In this document: piece after piece, positions 14,904 to 22,277 of the stretch
Layout: every line of letters begins with the position of its first letter
Position numbering within the stretch: the first letter of the stretch is position 1
Source: a virus
DNA: 24,121 bases
Strand: one strand, 5' to 3'
UHGV virus genome: UHGV-0136745
Translations under genes and position numbers: made by a program
Notes under the pieces: model-generated
Databases searched by the model: none
The model's input: only the letters and a program-made list of their open reading frames with translations
What the model was told of the DNA's origin: nothing

Positions 14904-15067
14904 CACTCGCAACTGACATCATGAAACACAGCGGCAAAGCGCCGCTGTCACCACGTAAAAGACATTTCAACACGCATCCGACGTATCTAGAATTACATGA
15001 GCGCCGGAAGACACCAGCACAACGACTGGCTGAATATTGGAGAAAGCATGACTACTATCGCGTTTGA
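14900..15067 (+). CDS. hypothetical small basic protein (55 aa)
   Basis: Start ATG 14900 overlaps upstream stop (ATGA); GAAGGGGTGG upstream. 3' end overlaps the HslV-like gene by 20 nt. Confidence 0.4.
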   Translation: MTLATDIMKHSGKAPLSPRKRHFNTHPTYLELHERRKTPAQRLAEYWRKHDYYRV

Positions 15068-15485
15068 CGGTAAGACGATGGCCTGCGACACCCGGGTTAC
15101 CTGCGGAGACACGTTCTGCAACACCGATACCAAGATATACGAGAACGATGCTTATGTTATCGGGGTCGCCGGTGACGCGGGTGTCGGAACTATGCTCGTT
15201 CAGGTGTCAAATATCCTGACTATGCGTACTTATGAGTATAACTTCCAGGCTATCGTATATGAGAAACATACCCAACGTATCTTCTATGTGTCGTTCGATA
15301 AAAAATGGGAGTCAAATAGCAGCGTTGTCCCAATTGTTGATAGCTACTTCGCCGTCGGTTCAGGGGCTGATTTCGCGCGCGCAGCTATGTATTTAGGTAA
15401 CACCGCAACACGCGCTGTTACGGTAGCTGCAGAGTTCGACATAAACACGGGGGGCAAGATTATTACCAAACCATTATTCGGATAA
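15048..15485 (+). CDS. HslV/proteasome beta-subunit-like N-terminal-nucleophile (Thr) peptidase
   Basis: From ATG 15048 (GGAGAAAG SD): MTTIAFDGK... with Thr directly after Met, as in HslV (TTIVSV...); VIGVAGDAG vs HslV VIAGFAGGTAD; YFAVGSGADFARAAMYLG vs HslV LIAIGSGGPYAQAAARAL. No HslU-like ATPase in the window. Confidence 0.65.
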   Translation: MTTIAFDGKTMACDTRVTCGDTFCNTDTKIYENDAYVIGVAGDAGVGTMLVQVSNILTMRTYEYNFQAIVYEKHTQRIFYVSFDKKWESNSSVVPIVDSYFAVGSGADFARAAMYLGNTATRAVTVAAEFDINTGGKIITKPLFG

Positions 15486-15501
15486 TTCCTAACCGTGGTA
15501 T

Positions 15502-15537
15502 CCTCCAGGTACAGCATACTAAATACGCACCTGGAGG
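15502..15537 (+). promoter_or_regulatory. inverted repeat that would sequester the holin ribosome-binding site
   Basis: CCTCCAGGT (15502..15510) and ACCTGGAGG (15529..15537), 18-nt spacer; the right arm contains the GGAGG SD for the TTG start at 15545. Confidence 0.4.
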
Positions 15538-15544
15538 ATTCATC

Positions 15545-15853
15545 TTGGATAAATTTACTGAAACTGTGACAGGCTGGCTTCTGGCTGCCGCACTAGCTGG
15601 CGGAGTAATAGGCCTACGGCAACATAAAGCCACTATTACCGGCCCTGTCGATGCTCTCTGTTTTCTCGCCACTGGCTTTGCGTGTGCCGTATTCGGTGCG
15701 CCTCTCGCCGCTCAATGGTTCGGTATCGCAGGTGAACGCGAAATAGCGGGCCTTGGGTTCATCATTGCTATTCTCTGGATGCCGATTTATTCCCGTCTCT
15801 CTGGCATTGTCGCCGGAGAATACATCGCACGTCGCGGAGGTAGCAATGACTGA
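15545..15853 (+). CDS. holin-like protein, three predicted TM segments (class I-like)
   Basis: 102 aa; hydrophobic stretches TGWLLAAALAGGVIGL, ALCFLATGFACAVFGAPLAAQWF, IAGLGFIIAILWMPIY; charged C-terminus. TTG start with GGAGG SD. Directly upstream of lysozyme. Confidence 0.55.
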   Translation: MDKFTETVTGWLLAAALAGGVIGLRQHKATITGPVDALCFLATGFACAVFGAPLAAQWFGIAGEREIAGLGFIIAILWMPIYSRLSGIVAGEYIARRGGSND

Positions 15854-16127
15854 GTTATTCTGGTTTGGCGGTATGCTCGCAATCGGGGGCACATCGCTGT
15901 TTAATGTATACCACCCCAGCGTAGATGATGGCCTGTTTGGGCGTGTGCTGTATATCCTCACTGCTATTGTTTGCGCCGCCGGTTGCATCCACCTGCTACA
16001 GGGCAGCATGTCACCGACGCTGCCGGAAACATTAATCACCCTGGTAGCGCTGCGACAGATTCGCCAGTCGTGGCTGCATTACCAGTCGAAAGGAGGGCAT
16101 AAGCGTGTCTCGAAACATTTCAGATAA
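15846..16127 (+). CDS. second holin/antiholin-like protein, two predicted TM segments
   Basis: From internal ATG 15846 (overlaps upstream stop): MTELFWFGGMLAIGGTSLF..., LYILTAIVCAAGCIHLL, basic C-terminal tail. Track ORF starts at 15753. Confidence 0.5.
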   Translation: MTELFWFGGMLAIGGTSLFNVYHPSVDDGLFGRVLYILTAIVCAAGCIHLLQGSMSPTLPETLITLVALRQIRQSWLHYQSKGGHKRVSKHFR

Positions 16128-16590
16128 TGGCTTGCATTTCTGCGCCGAGTTCGAAGGCTTCCGTGGAACTGCGTACCGCGCTACGCCGGATGAGAAGTAC
16201 CTGACTATAGGCTACGGGCATTATGGCGCAGACGTTAAGCCTGGTCAGACTATCACGCCGGGGCAAGGCCTCCTGCTACTCAATCGCGATATGGCTAAGG
16301 CGGTAGCCGCCGTTGATGCCGCGGCGCATCACTCACTGACGCAGGGCCAGTTCGACGCAGTATGCGACCTGGTGTTTAACGCAGGTGCTGGCGTTATCGC
16401 GGCTACTACCGGTACTGGTAAGGCCCTGCGCGCAGGTGACATTGCTACGCTGCGGGCTAAGCTGGCGCTGTTTATCAACCAGAACGGCAAACCGTTACTC
16501 GGCCTGCGCCGCCGTACAGCCGGGCGTCTGGCATTGTTCGACGGTAAACCGTGGCAAGAGGCGGTTGCTATCGGGAGGGCGGTAAAATGA
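16105..16590 (+). CDS. endolysin, GH24 lysozyme (T4 e / lambda R-like fold)
   Basis: N-terminal GLHFCAEFEGFRGTAYRATPDEKYLTIGYGH carries the Glu...Asp...Thr catalytic arrangement of phage-type lysozymes. GTG start with AAAGGAGGG SD. No TM segment, so holin-dependent. Confidence 0.85.
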   Translation: MSRNISDNGLHFCAEFEGFRGTAYRATPDEKYLTIGYGHYGADVKPGQTITPGQGLLLLNRDMAKAVAAVDAAAHHSLTQGQFDAVCDLVFNAGAGVIAATTGTGKALRAGDIATLRAKLALFINQNGKPLLGLRRRTAGRLALFDGKPWQEAVAIGRAVK

Positions 16591-16802
16591 TGGACGAATA
16601 CGAAGGCGTTTAGTATTCTGTTCATGCCAAGTTTTTCGTATTTGCTTACTGGAGGCCATTATGGCACTGCAAGAGTTCACCAACCCAGTTAAATCTCGTG
16701 ACGATATCGACGAGCAGATCGACTACGGCGAAGGTTGACACTTAATACTAATCCGACGATACTTAAATCACCTCCTGTATCACCCCTCTGCTCTCTGTTT
16801 CT

Positions 16803-16832
16803 CCCGGCCCTGACCCAGCCGGGATTTTTTTA
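16803..16832 (+). terminator. intrinsic terminator after lysis cassette
   Basis: CCCGGC-cctgaccca-GCCGGG followed by ATTTTTTTAT. Confidence 0.6.
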
Positions 16833-16853
16833 TCTATTTTCTGTAATGACTAG

Positions 16854-16882
16854 TTGACTATTACTCTGACACCAATTATATT
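16854..16882 (+). promoter_or_regulatory. sigma70-like promoter (TTGACT-17 nt-TATATT)
   Basis: ttGACTagTTGACTattactctgacaccaatTATATTtact, about 30 nt upstream of the 16916 gene and just after the terminator. Confidence 0.45.
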
Positions 16883-16915
16883 TACTCCATCGACAACGAT
16901 AACGGAGTAGAGAAG

Positions 16916-17113
16916 ATGAAAGACACTAAGTGGCAGAATGAAGCGTTACGTATGAGGACAAACAACATAGATGCTATCGCCGAAGCTCATCTTGATGCCG
17001 GGGTTTACGGTAGTGGCTGGCTTAAGGTTGATGTAAATGGGTATCTAACACGCATAAATCCTCTTGATATAGTCATAACCGTTAAAGCGTTAAACCGCGA
17101 GGAGGCTGAATAA
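16916..17113 (+). CDS. hypothetical protein (65 aa)
   Basis: GGAGTAGAGAAG SD before ATG 16916; first gene of a coupled small-gene block. Confidence 0.5.
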   Translation: MKDTKWQNEALRMRTNNIDAIAEAHLDAGVYGSGWLKVDVNGYLTRINPLDIVITVKALNREEAE

Positions 17114-17262
17114 TGAAAATAACAGATATCGAAGCATTCAAAGACGCGCAACTGATGGCACGTATCGCCGTTAGTAACCTGAGCAACAGCATTCCAGCGG
17201 ACGCGTTCTGGTTCGCCGCGATGCAGACACTGAAGGCAGCGTATGCAGGAGAGAAGAAATGA
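17113..17262 (+). CDS. hypothetical small protein (49 aa), unannotated in ORF track
   Basis: ATG 17113 overlaps upstream stop (TAATG); translation MKITDIEAFKDAQLMARIAVSNLSNSIPADAFWFAAMQTLKAAYAGEKK; stop overlaps next start (ATGA). Confidence 0.45.
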   Translation: MKITDIEAFKDAQLMARIAVSNLSNSIPADAFWFAAMQTLKAAYAGEKK

Positions 17263-17468
17263 GCGAAGTTACCGTCGGTGGCATCTACAGGAGTGATTAT
17301 TCGTGGGGTGAAGAGGATGACGCCAGATTCATCGTAACCGCGGTAGGGTTGGACCACATACTTATCGCGGACTGCCCATTGATAAAATTCAATGACTCAT
17401 ATTTAGAATATTGTGTTGGTAGAAAGGAGTTTGAGGCTAAATTTAAGTTTGCAGGAGAGAAGAAATGA
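17259..17468 (+). CDS. hypothetical acidic protein (69 aa)
   Basis: ORF with GCAGGAGAGAAG SD; flanked by a 24-bp direct repeat at both start and stop junctions. Confidence 0.5.
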   Translation: MSEVTVGGIYRSDYSWGEEDDARFIVTAVGLDHILIADCPLIKFNDSYLEYCVGRKEFEAKFKFAGEKK

Positions 17469-17626
17469 GCGAACAAGGTCAAGTAAGCCAACCGTTACGT
17501 GTGGGCCGTAAAGTCAGTCACACCCAGTTCCCGACACGTGAGGAACTGATGAAACGTAACAGTTTCCCGGGGCCGGACAAGAACAAGTATCTCAATCGCA
17601 TGTGGGGAGAGCGTAAAAATGACTGA
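17465..17626 (+). CDS. hypothetical small basic protein (53 aa), unannotated in ORF track
   Basis: ATG 17465 within the second copy of the 24-bp junction repeat; translation MSEQGQVSQPLRVGRKVSHTQFPTREELMKRNSFPGPDKNKYLNRMWGERKND; overlaps next start. Confidence 0.45.
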   Translation: MSEQGQVSQPLRVGRKVSHTQFPTREELMKRNSFPGPDKNKYLNRMWGERKND

Positions 17627-17804
17627 CCGTGAATATGAAAAGATGATGGTGGAGGCTGTTAACAACGGCGTAGATATTGGTCACGTTATGCACGTCCTGA
17701 ACACTAAAATCGCAGTAGCTGAGCAAATGGTGGAGTCGCTTTATGAGACTCGCCGTGAGCTTATTAACCGCTTCAACCTGAACAAAGGTGACAGCAATGC
17801 CTAA
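17619..17804 (+). CDS. hypothetical protein (61 aa)
   Basis: ORF translationally coupled to neighbours on both sides. Confidence 0.5.
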   Translation: MTDREYEKMMVEAVNNGVDIGHVMHVLNTKIAVAEQMVESLYETRRELINRFNLNKGDSNA

Positions 17805-18075
17805 AATCACAATCGCATCACTTGAACGCCGTATCCTGGTGCTGGAGTCAGAGAAGCAGACGTTAGGCGGGCAACTGTCTATCAATGGCGAGTTTCAGCT
17901 GGAGGCGTTTAAAGAACTACTGACTATTATGGCGGACATAGAAAATATGTGCTTGTTGCTAGAATCTGGGGAGTGGGCGGAGCATTGCACTAAGTCAGAA
18001 TTTGGCCAACGGCTCGAATTGGAGATTACTGACTTGCTTAGTGGTCTTGGATGGTCGCCAGATGAAATCGCCTGA
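17797..18075 (+). CDS. hypothetical protein (92 aa)
   Basis: Start at ATG 17797 (MPKITIAS), overlapping upstream stop; track ORF begins 17788. Confidence 0.5.
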   Translation: MPKITIASLERRILVLESEKQTLGGQLSINGEFQLEAFKELLTIMADIENMCLLLESGEWAEHCTKSEFGQRLELEITDLLSGLGWSPDEIA

Positions 18076-18244
18076 ACCAGTAGTCATTGATGGTGTCCTG
18101 TGGAAACCTTACGCGGTTAACCACATCGACGCCGACGGGAAGAAGTTCAGCTTCTACATTTTTGCAATTAGCCGTGAGCACGCCGCTTGTGTGGTCGACG
18201 ATATACGAGAAACGGCGTGGCTCGGCGATGAGATAGTAGGGTGA
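18062..18244 (+). CDS. hypothetical protein (60 aa)
   Basis: Start at internal ATG 18062 (MKSPEPVVIDG), overlapping upstream gene end; track ORF begins 18002 inside the previous gene. Confidence 0.4.
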   Translation: MKSPEPVVIDGVLWKPYAVNHIDADGKKFSFYIFAISREHAACVVDDIRETAWLGDEIVG

Positions 18245-18331
18245 GAGTATGAGCCTTGAAGTGGTTATAAGTTTAGTTGGTCTTAGTTATTTTATCAGGT
18301 TGACCGTCGGCTTTCTGTGGGGTAGATACTG

Positions 18332-18502
18332 ATGTTCGATAATATTGACGCAGCAATCGAAGAAGCAATCTGGCGTCGCCACAACGGCGAGCAACAACGA
18401 CACTTCTGCCTCGTGCAGCGCGGTAACATGATTGCCGTGGTGCAGGACAGAGATAATAAATACCCAAATGCGATGTGGACGACGAGGAATTTCTTAGGAT
18501 GA
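18332..18502 (+). CDS. hypothetical small protein (56 aa), unannotated in ORF track
   Basis: ATG 18332; translation MFDNIDAAIEEAIWRRHNGEQQRHFCLVQRGNMIAVVQDRDNKYPNAMWTTRNFLG. Preferred over antisense ORFs 18273..18651. Confidence 0.4.
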   Translation: MFDNIDAAIEEAIWRRHNGEQQRHFCLVQRGNMIAVVQDRDNKYPNAMWTTRNFLG

Positions 18503-18735
18503 TTACCAGCATTCCGAACCTGATTAAAGAATACGGCACGATGGCGGAGACATGCCGACAAACCGGCATCAACGAAATGACGATTCGCAAGTACAGCAAA
18601 GACGTTGATTGCGAGCGCCATGTAATTTATAACAACCGTCTCATGACACACGTTAAGACAAGCCCGGTGCTATTCACGCGCCGTGGCGTCACGAAGACTG
18701 AGCAACGCATTGCACGAGAGGAGAGTGAGGAATGA
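18499..18735 (+). CDS. hypothetical protein with possible HTH (78 aa)
   Basis: Start ATG 18499 overlaps upstream stop (ATGA); AETCRQTGINEMTIRKYSK resembles a helix-turn-helix. Confidence 0.45.
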   Translation: MITSIPNLIKEYGTMAETCRQTGINEMTIRKYSKDVDCERHVIYNNRLMTHVKTSPVLFTRRGVTKTEQRIAREESEE

Positions 18736-18836
18736 AACTGTTAATTATCCCGAACGCCTGGGCAATCGCGGTAGCCAACGACCACTACGGCGGCGATGGT
18801 AAAAGAGCACCGCGACACGGTTTATACAACTGATAC

Positions 18837-18862
18837 AAGCCCTCTACGGAGGGCTTTTCTGT
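18837..18862 (+). terminator. intrinsic terminator before packaging genes
   Basis: AAGCCCTC-tacg-GAGGGCTT followed by TTTCTGT. Confidence 0.55.
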
Positions 18863-18954
18863 ACATCCCGCCCAATCCCCTTATATAATCCCTTTAGACG
18901 CGTAGGGCGCGTCTGATGCGCTCTGATGGTCAGACGCATATGTCAGGGGGTTAT

Positions 18955-19500
18955 ATGAAACTTACACTTAAGCAACCATCACCTGAGGTGGTGAAAGCTG
19001 CGCATGAAGAAGCTGTTAGCGCCAACCGTCGCCGTAAACGACCACGCGGCAAACAGAGCCTTTATCAGTCATCCCGTAATTCCGCTGCGTTGTGGAACCC
19101 GGACTATTGCGACGAGTTAATCCGGTTCTTTGACCGTAACTCGTGGGAACTCGTACCTACGTCCAAGGGTGACGAACGCCCACTGATTCAGGACAAACCC
19201 CCGTCACTGGCCCGCTTCGCCTTACACATTGGCGTCACTATTCCGATTATTAAGCTGTGGTTACGCGAGATTCCGGCGTTTGCAGAAGCTTATGAAACAG
19301 CTCAGGCGCTGGAAGAGGCCTATTTCACTGAGACAGGGGCAGCGGGTATATCCGCCACGTTTGCTGCCGCTAAGCTGGGCTTAAGCAAAGAGAAACCGGT
19401 TGAATCTACCGAAGAAACGGCACCAACTGAGATTGTGTTCACCGTAGCGGAGCCTGTAGGTAAAATCGTTACAACGAACATGGGTGAGGTAGAGGAATGA
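18955..19500 (+). CDS. terminase small subunit (putative)
   Basis: Immediately upstream of, and overlapping (ATGA), the terminase large subunit; contains HTH-like LARFALHIGVTIPIIKLWLREIPAFAEAYETAQ. Start at ATG 18955 (GGGGG SD); track ORF starts 18916. Confidence 0.6.
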   Translation: MKLTLKQPSPEVVKAAHEEAVSANRRRKRPRGKQSLYQSSRNSAALWNPDYCDELIRFFDRNSWELVPTSKGDERPLIQDKPPSLARFALHIGVTIPIIKLWLREIPAFAEAYETAQALEEAYFTETGAAGISATFAAAKLGLSKEKPVESTEETAPTEIVFTVAEPVGKIVTTNMGEVEE

Positions 19501-20747
19501 GTATTCAGCTATCCGCCCCTCAGGCGCTGTTCCTTAACTGCGAGAACAAATACAAGGCATATGTTGGTGGTTTCGGCAGTGGCAAGACATTTGTTGGCTG
19601 TCTTGACCTGCTTACGTTTATGCTTAAACACCCCGGAACTCGCCTTGGCTACTTCGGTCCGACATACCCGGCTATCCGTGACATATTCTACCCAACGTTT
19701 GAGGAAGCGGCTAACCTCCTGGGCCTTGATGTGCTGGTTAAATCCGGCGACAAAGAGGTAGTGGTTACGCGGGGTAAGACGGTAATCGGCACCGTAATCT
19801 GCCGCTCGATGGATAACCCTGGCTCTATCGTCGGTTTCAAAATAGCCGCAGCGGTCGTGGATGAGCTGGACGTACTGAGCCGTGAGAAAGCGGAACTGGC
19901 ATGGAACAAAATCGTTGCCCGTATGCGTCTGGTTATCCCTGGTGTGGTGAACCACATCTCCGTTACCACGACGCCGGAGGGGTTCAAGTTCGTCTATGCC
20001 AAGTTCAAAGAGAACCCGACGCCGAGTTACTCGATGGTGCAGGCCTCGACTCATGAGAACGCCAGGTTCCTGCCGCCCGATTACATCAGCTCACTGACCG
20101 AGACATACCCGGCCCAGTTGATTAACGCGTACCTGAATGGTGAGTTCGTCAACCTGACCTCCGGCAGCGTGTATTACGCCTATGACCGCCGTAAGCACCG
20201 CAGCAAAGAGACAATTCAACATGGCGACACGCTGTACATCGGGCAGGACTTCAACGTTACGAAGAACGCAAGCGCCGTGTATGTGCAACGTAAAGACGGA
20301 TGGCACGCGGTAGCAGAACTGAAAGGCCTGTTCGATACGCCCGATACCGTGAGAGTTATTACTGAGAAGTGGAAGTCGCAAGGCCACCGCATCGTCGTGT
20401 ACCCGGACGCCAGCGGAAAGAACCGCAAGACCAACTCGGCGTCCATCTCTGACATCGCCTTACTACAGCAAGCCGGGTTCGATGTGCGGGCTAAATCCGC
20501 CAACCCGCCAGTTAAAGACCGTGTTTTAGCCGTGAATACTGCGCTGGAAAAAGGTAAGCTGTGGGTTAACGACCACTTATGCCCTGAGATAGCCAAGACG
20601 CTGGAGCAACAGGCGTACGACGACAACGGCGAGCCAGCTAAAGACGGCATCATCGACCATATGGCGGATGCGCTTGGCTATCCTGTAGTTTACGAGATGC
20701 CGGTGGTTAAACCTGTAATCAACATCCCGGTGACTTTCGCACTTTAA
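19497..20747 (+). CDS. terminase large subunit
   Basis: 416 aa; N-terminal Walker A YVGGFGSGKTFVG, followed by a nuclease-domain-sized C-terminal half; GAGGTAGAGGA SD. Confidence 0.85.
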   Translation: MSIQLSAPQALFLNCENKYKAYVGGFGSGKTFVGCLDLLTFMLKHPGTRLGYFGPTYPAIRDIFYPTFEEAANLLGLDVLVKSGDKEVVVTRGKTVIGTVICRSMDNPGSIVGFKIAAAVVDELDVLSREKAELAWNKIVARMRLVIPGVVNHISVTTTPEGFKFVYAKFKENPTPSYSMVQASTHENARFLPPDYISSLTETYPAQLINAYLNGEFVNLTSGSVYYAYDRRKHRSKETIQHGDTLYIGQDFNVTKNASAVYVQRKDGWHAVAELKGLFDTPDTVRVITEKWKSQGHRIVVYPDASGKNRKTNSASISDIALLQQAGFDVRAKSANPPVKDRVLAVNTALEKGKLWVNDHLCPEIAKTLEQQAYDDNGEPAKDGIIDHMADALGYPVVYEMPVVKPVINIPVTFAL

Positions 20748-20759
20748 GAGGATTATTCA

Positions 20760-22241
20760 ATGTTAACTATGAACGGTCAAAATCAGGGTGTTAAGACAAA
20801 ACACCGGGAATGGCTGCACCACTTTGATAAATGGCAGAAGGTGCGCCATGCGCTGGAAGGCGACCTTATCCGTTACCTGCGAAACGTCGGGAAGAACGAG
20901 CCGGACCCAACTTACGCTACCCAGCGCCAGGAAGAATATGAGAACGGAGCTATCTGCTACAACTTCACCAAGCGCACCCTATCTGGCATGGTCGGCTCAG
21001 TGATGCGCAAAGATCCTGAGCAGATTATTCCGCGTGAACTGGAATACCTGTTGCGTAATGCGGATGGCTCGGGTGTCGGCCTGTGGCAGCACGCGCAGGA
21101 TACGCTGATGGAAATTGACTCGGTAGGCCGTGGCGGATTACTGGTGGATGCGCCGGAGACAGCCGCAGCAACGGCAGCCGAACAGAACGCAGGATTATTA
21201 AACCCGGTCATCGCATTCTATACCGCAGAGAACATCATCAACTGGCGGCTCACTCGCGTGGGTTCTGTTAACCGCGTTACGATGGTAGTGCTGCGTGAGG
21301 TATGGGAATATTCAGAACCCGGTGCCGAGTTTGAAACAAAGTTTGGTGAACAATACCGCGTCCTCGACCTGATTGACGGGCGCTACCGCCAGCGCATATA
21401 CCGCTTCGATGCAGAGGGTGGTGCGCAGGGCGACGTAAAAGAAATCTTCCCGGAACTGGGCGAACAGTTGCGCGGTAAAATCCCGTTCACGTTTATTGGC
21501 GCGAGTAATAACGACGCGACTGTTGATGATGCACCTTTGTTGCCGTTGGCTGAATTAAATATCGGACATTTTCGCAACAGCGCGGATAATGAGGAATCAA
21601 GTTTCGTTGTAGGGCAGCCTACCTTGTTCATTGCCCCCGGCGAGAATATGAGCATGGAGCAGTGGCAAGAGGCCAACCCTCACGGCGTGCGCATGGGTTC
21701 ACGCTCAGGGCACAATATCGGCTACGGCGGCAACGCGTTTCTGGTACAGGCGGGAGAGAATAACCTCGCCAAGCAGAACATGCTGGACAAAGAGAATCAG
21801 GCTATCCAGATTGGCGCGCAGCTTATCACGCCTACGCAGCAAATCACCGCGGAATCTGCCCGCCTGCAACGCGGCGCTGACACGTCCGTAATGGCGACTA
21901 TCGCGCGTAACGTAAGCATGGCGTACACCGAAGCGTTGCGCTGGGTAGCTGCGATGCTGGGCCTGCGCGAAGGCACGGAGATTGAGTTTAAGCTGAACAT
22001 GGAGTTCTTCCTGCAACCAATGACAGCGCAAGATCGCGCACAGTGGATGGCGGACATTAACGCTGGTTTACTGCCGGCGACTGCTTACTACGCCGCGTTG
22101 CGTAAGGCTGGGGTAACTGACTGGACCGACGAGGAGATTATGACGGCGATTGAGGATGCACCTGTACCATTAGGTGCTGTTACTCAGGTAACTGGAGAAA
22201 TTCCGCAGTCGGCGCAACAGCAGGACACCACTCAGCAATAA
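20760..22241 (+). CDS. portal protein
   Basis: 493 aa ORF directly after terminase large subunit with AAGAGGA SD; size and position typical of portal proteins. Assignment by synteny; no motif confirmed. Confidence 0.7.
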   Translation: MLTMNGQNQGVKTKHREWLHHFDKWQKVRHALEGDLIRYLRNVGKNEPDPTYATQRQEEYENGAICYNFTKRTLSGMVGSVMRKDPEQIIPRELEYLLRNADGSGVGLWQHAQDTLMEIDSVGRGGLLVDAPETAAATAAEQNAGLLNPVIAFYTAENIINWRLTRVGSVNRVTMVVLREVWEYSEPGAEFETKFGEQYRVLDLIDGRYRQRIYRFDAEGGAQGDVKEIFPELGEQLRGKIPFTFIGASNNDATVDDAPLLPLAELNIGHFRNSADNEESSFVVGQPTLFIAPGENMSMEQWQEANPHGVRMGSRSGHNIGYGGNAFLVQAGENNLAKQNMLDKENQAIQIGAQLITPTQQITAESARLQRGADTSVMATIARNVSMAYTEALRWVAAMLGLREGTEIEFKLNMEFFLQPMTAQDRAQWMADINAGLLPATAYYAALRKAGVTDWTDEEIMTAIEDAPVPLGAVTQVTGEIPQSAQQQDTTQQ

Positions 22242-22251
22242 GTTCACCTGT

Positions 22252-22273
22252 AGCCCCGAAAGGGGCTTTCTTA
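22252..22273 (+). terminator. weak terminator/attenuator hairpin between portal and head morphogenesis genes
   Basis: AGCCCC-gaaa-GGGGCT followed by TTCTTAT (short, interrupted U tract). Confidence 0.35.
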
Positions 22274-22277
22274 TAGT

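Noticed and set aside
16329-16683. Minus-strand ORFs 16329..16625 and 16495..16683 overlapping the lysozyme gene
   Set aside because: Antisense to a lysozyme ORF with clear catalytic motifs; Arg/Pro-rich translations.
18273-18651. Two overlapping minus-strand ORFs (108 and 118 aa)
   Set aside because: Antisense to a series of translationally coupled plus-strand small genes (18249..18735); Cys/Arg-rich low-complexity translations.
19509-20653. Minus-strand ORFs (19509..20054, 19688..19987, 20091..20387, 20216..20653) inside the terminase large subunit gene
   Set aside because: Antisense to a well-supported terminase ORF with Walker A motif; Arg/Ser-rich translations typical of antisense frames.
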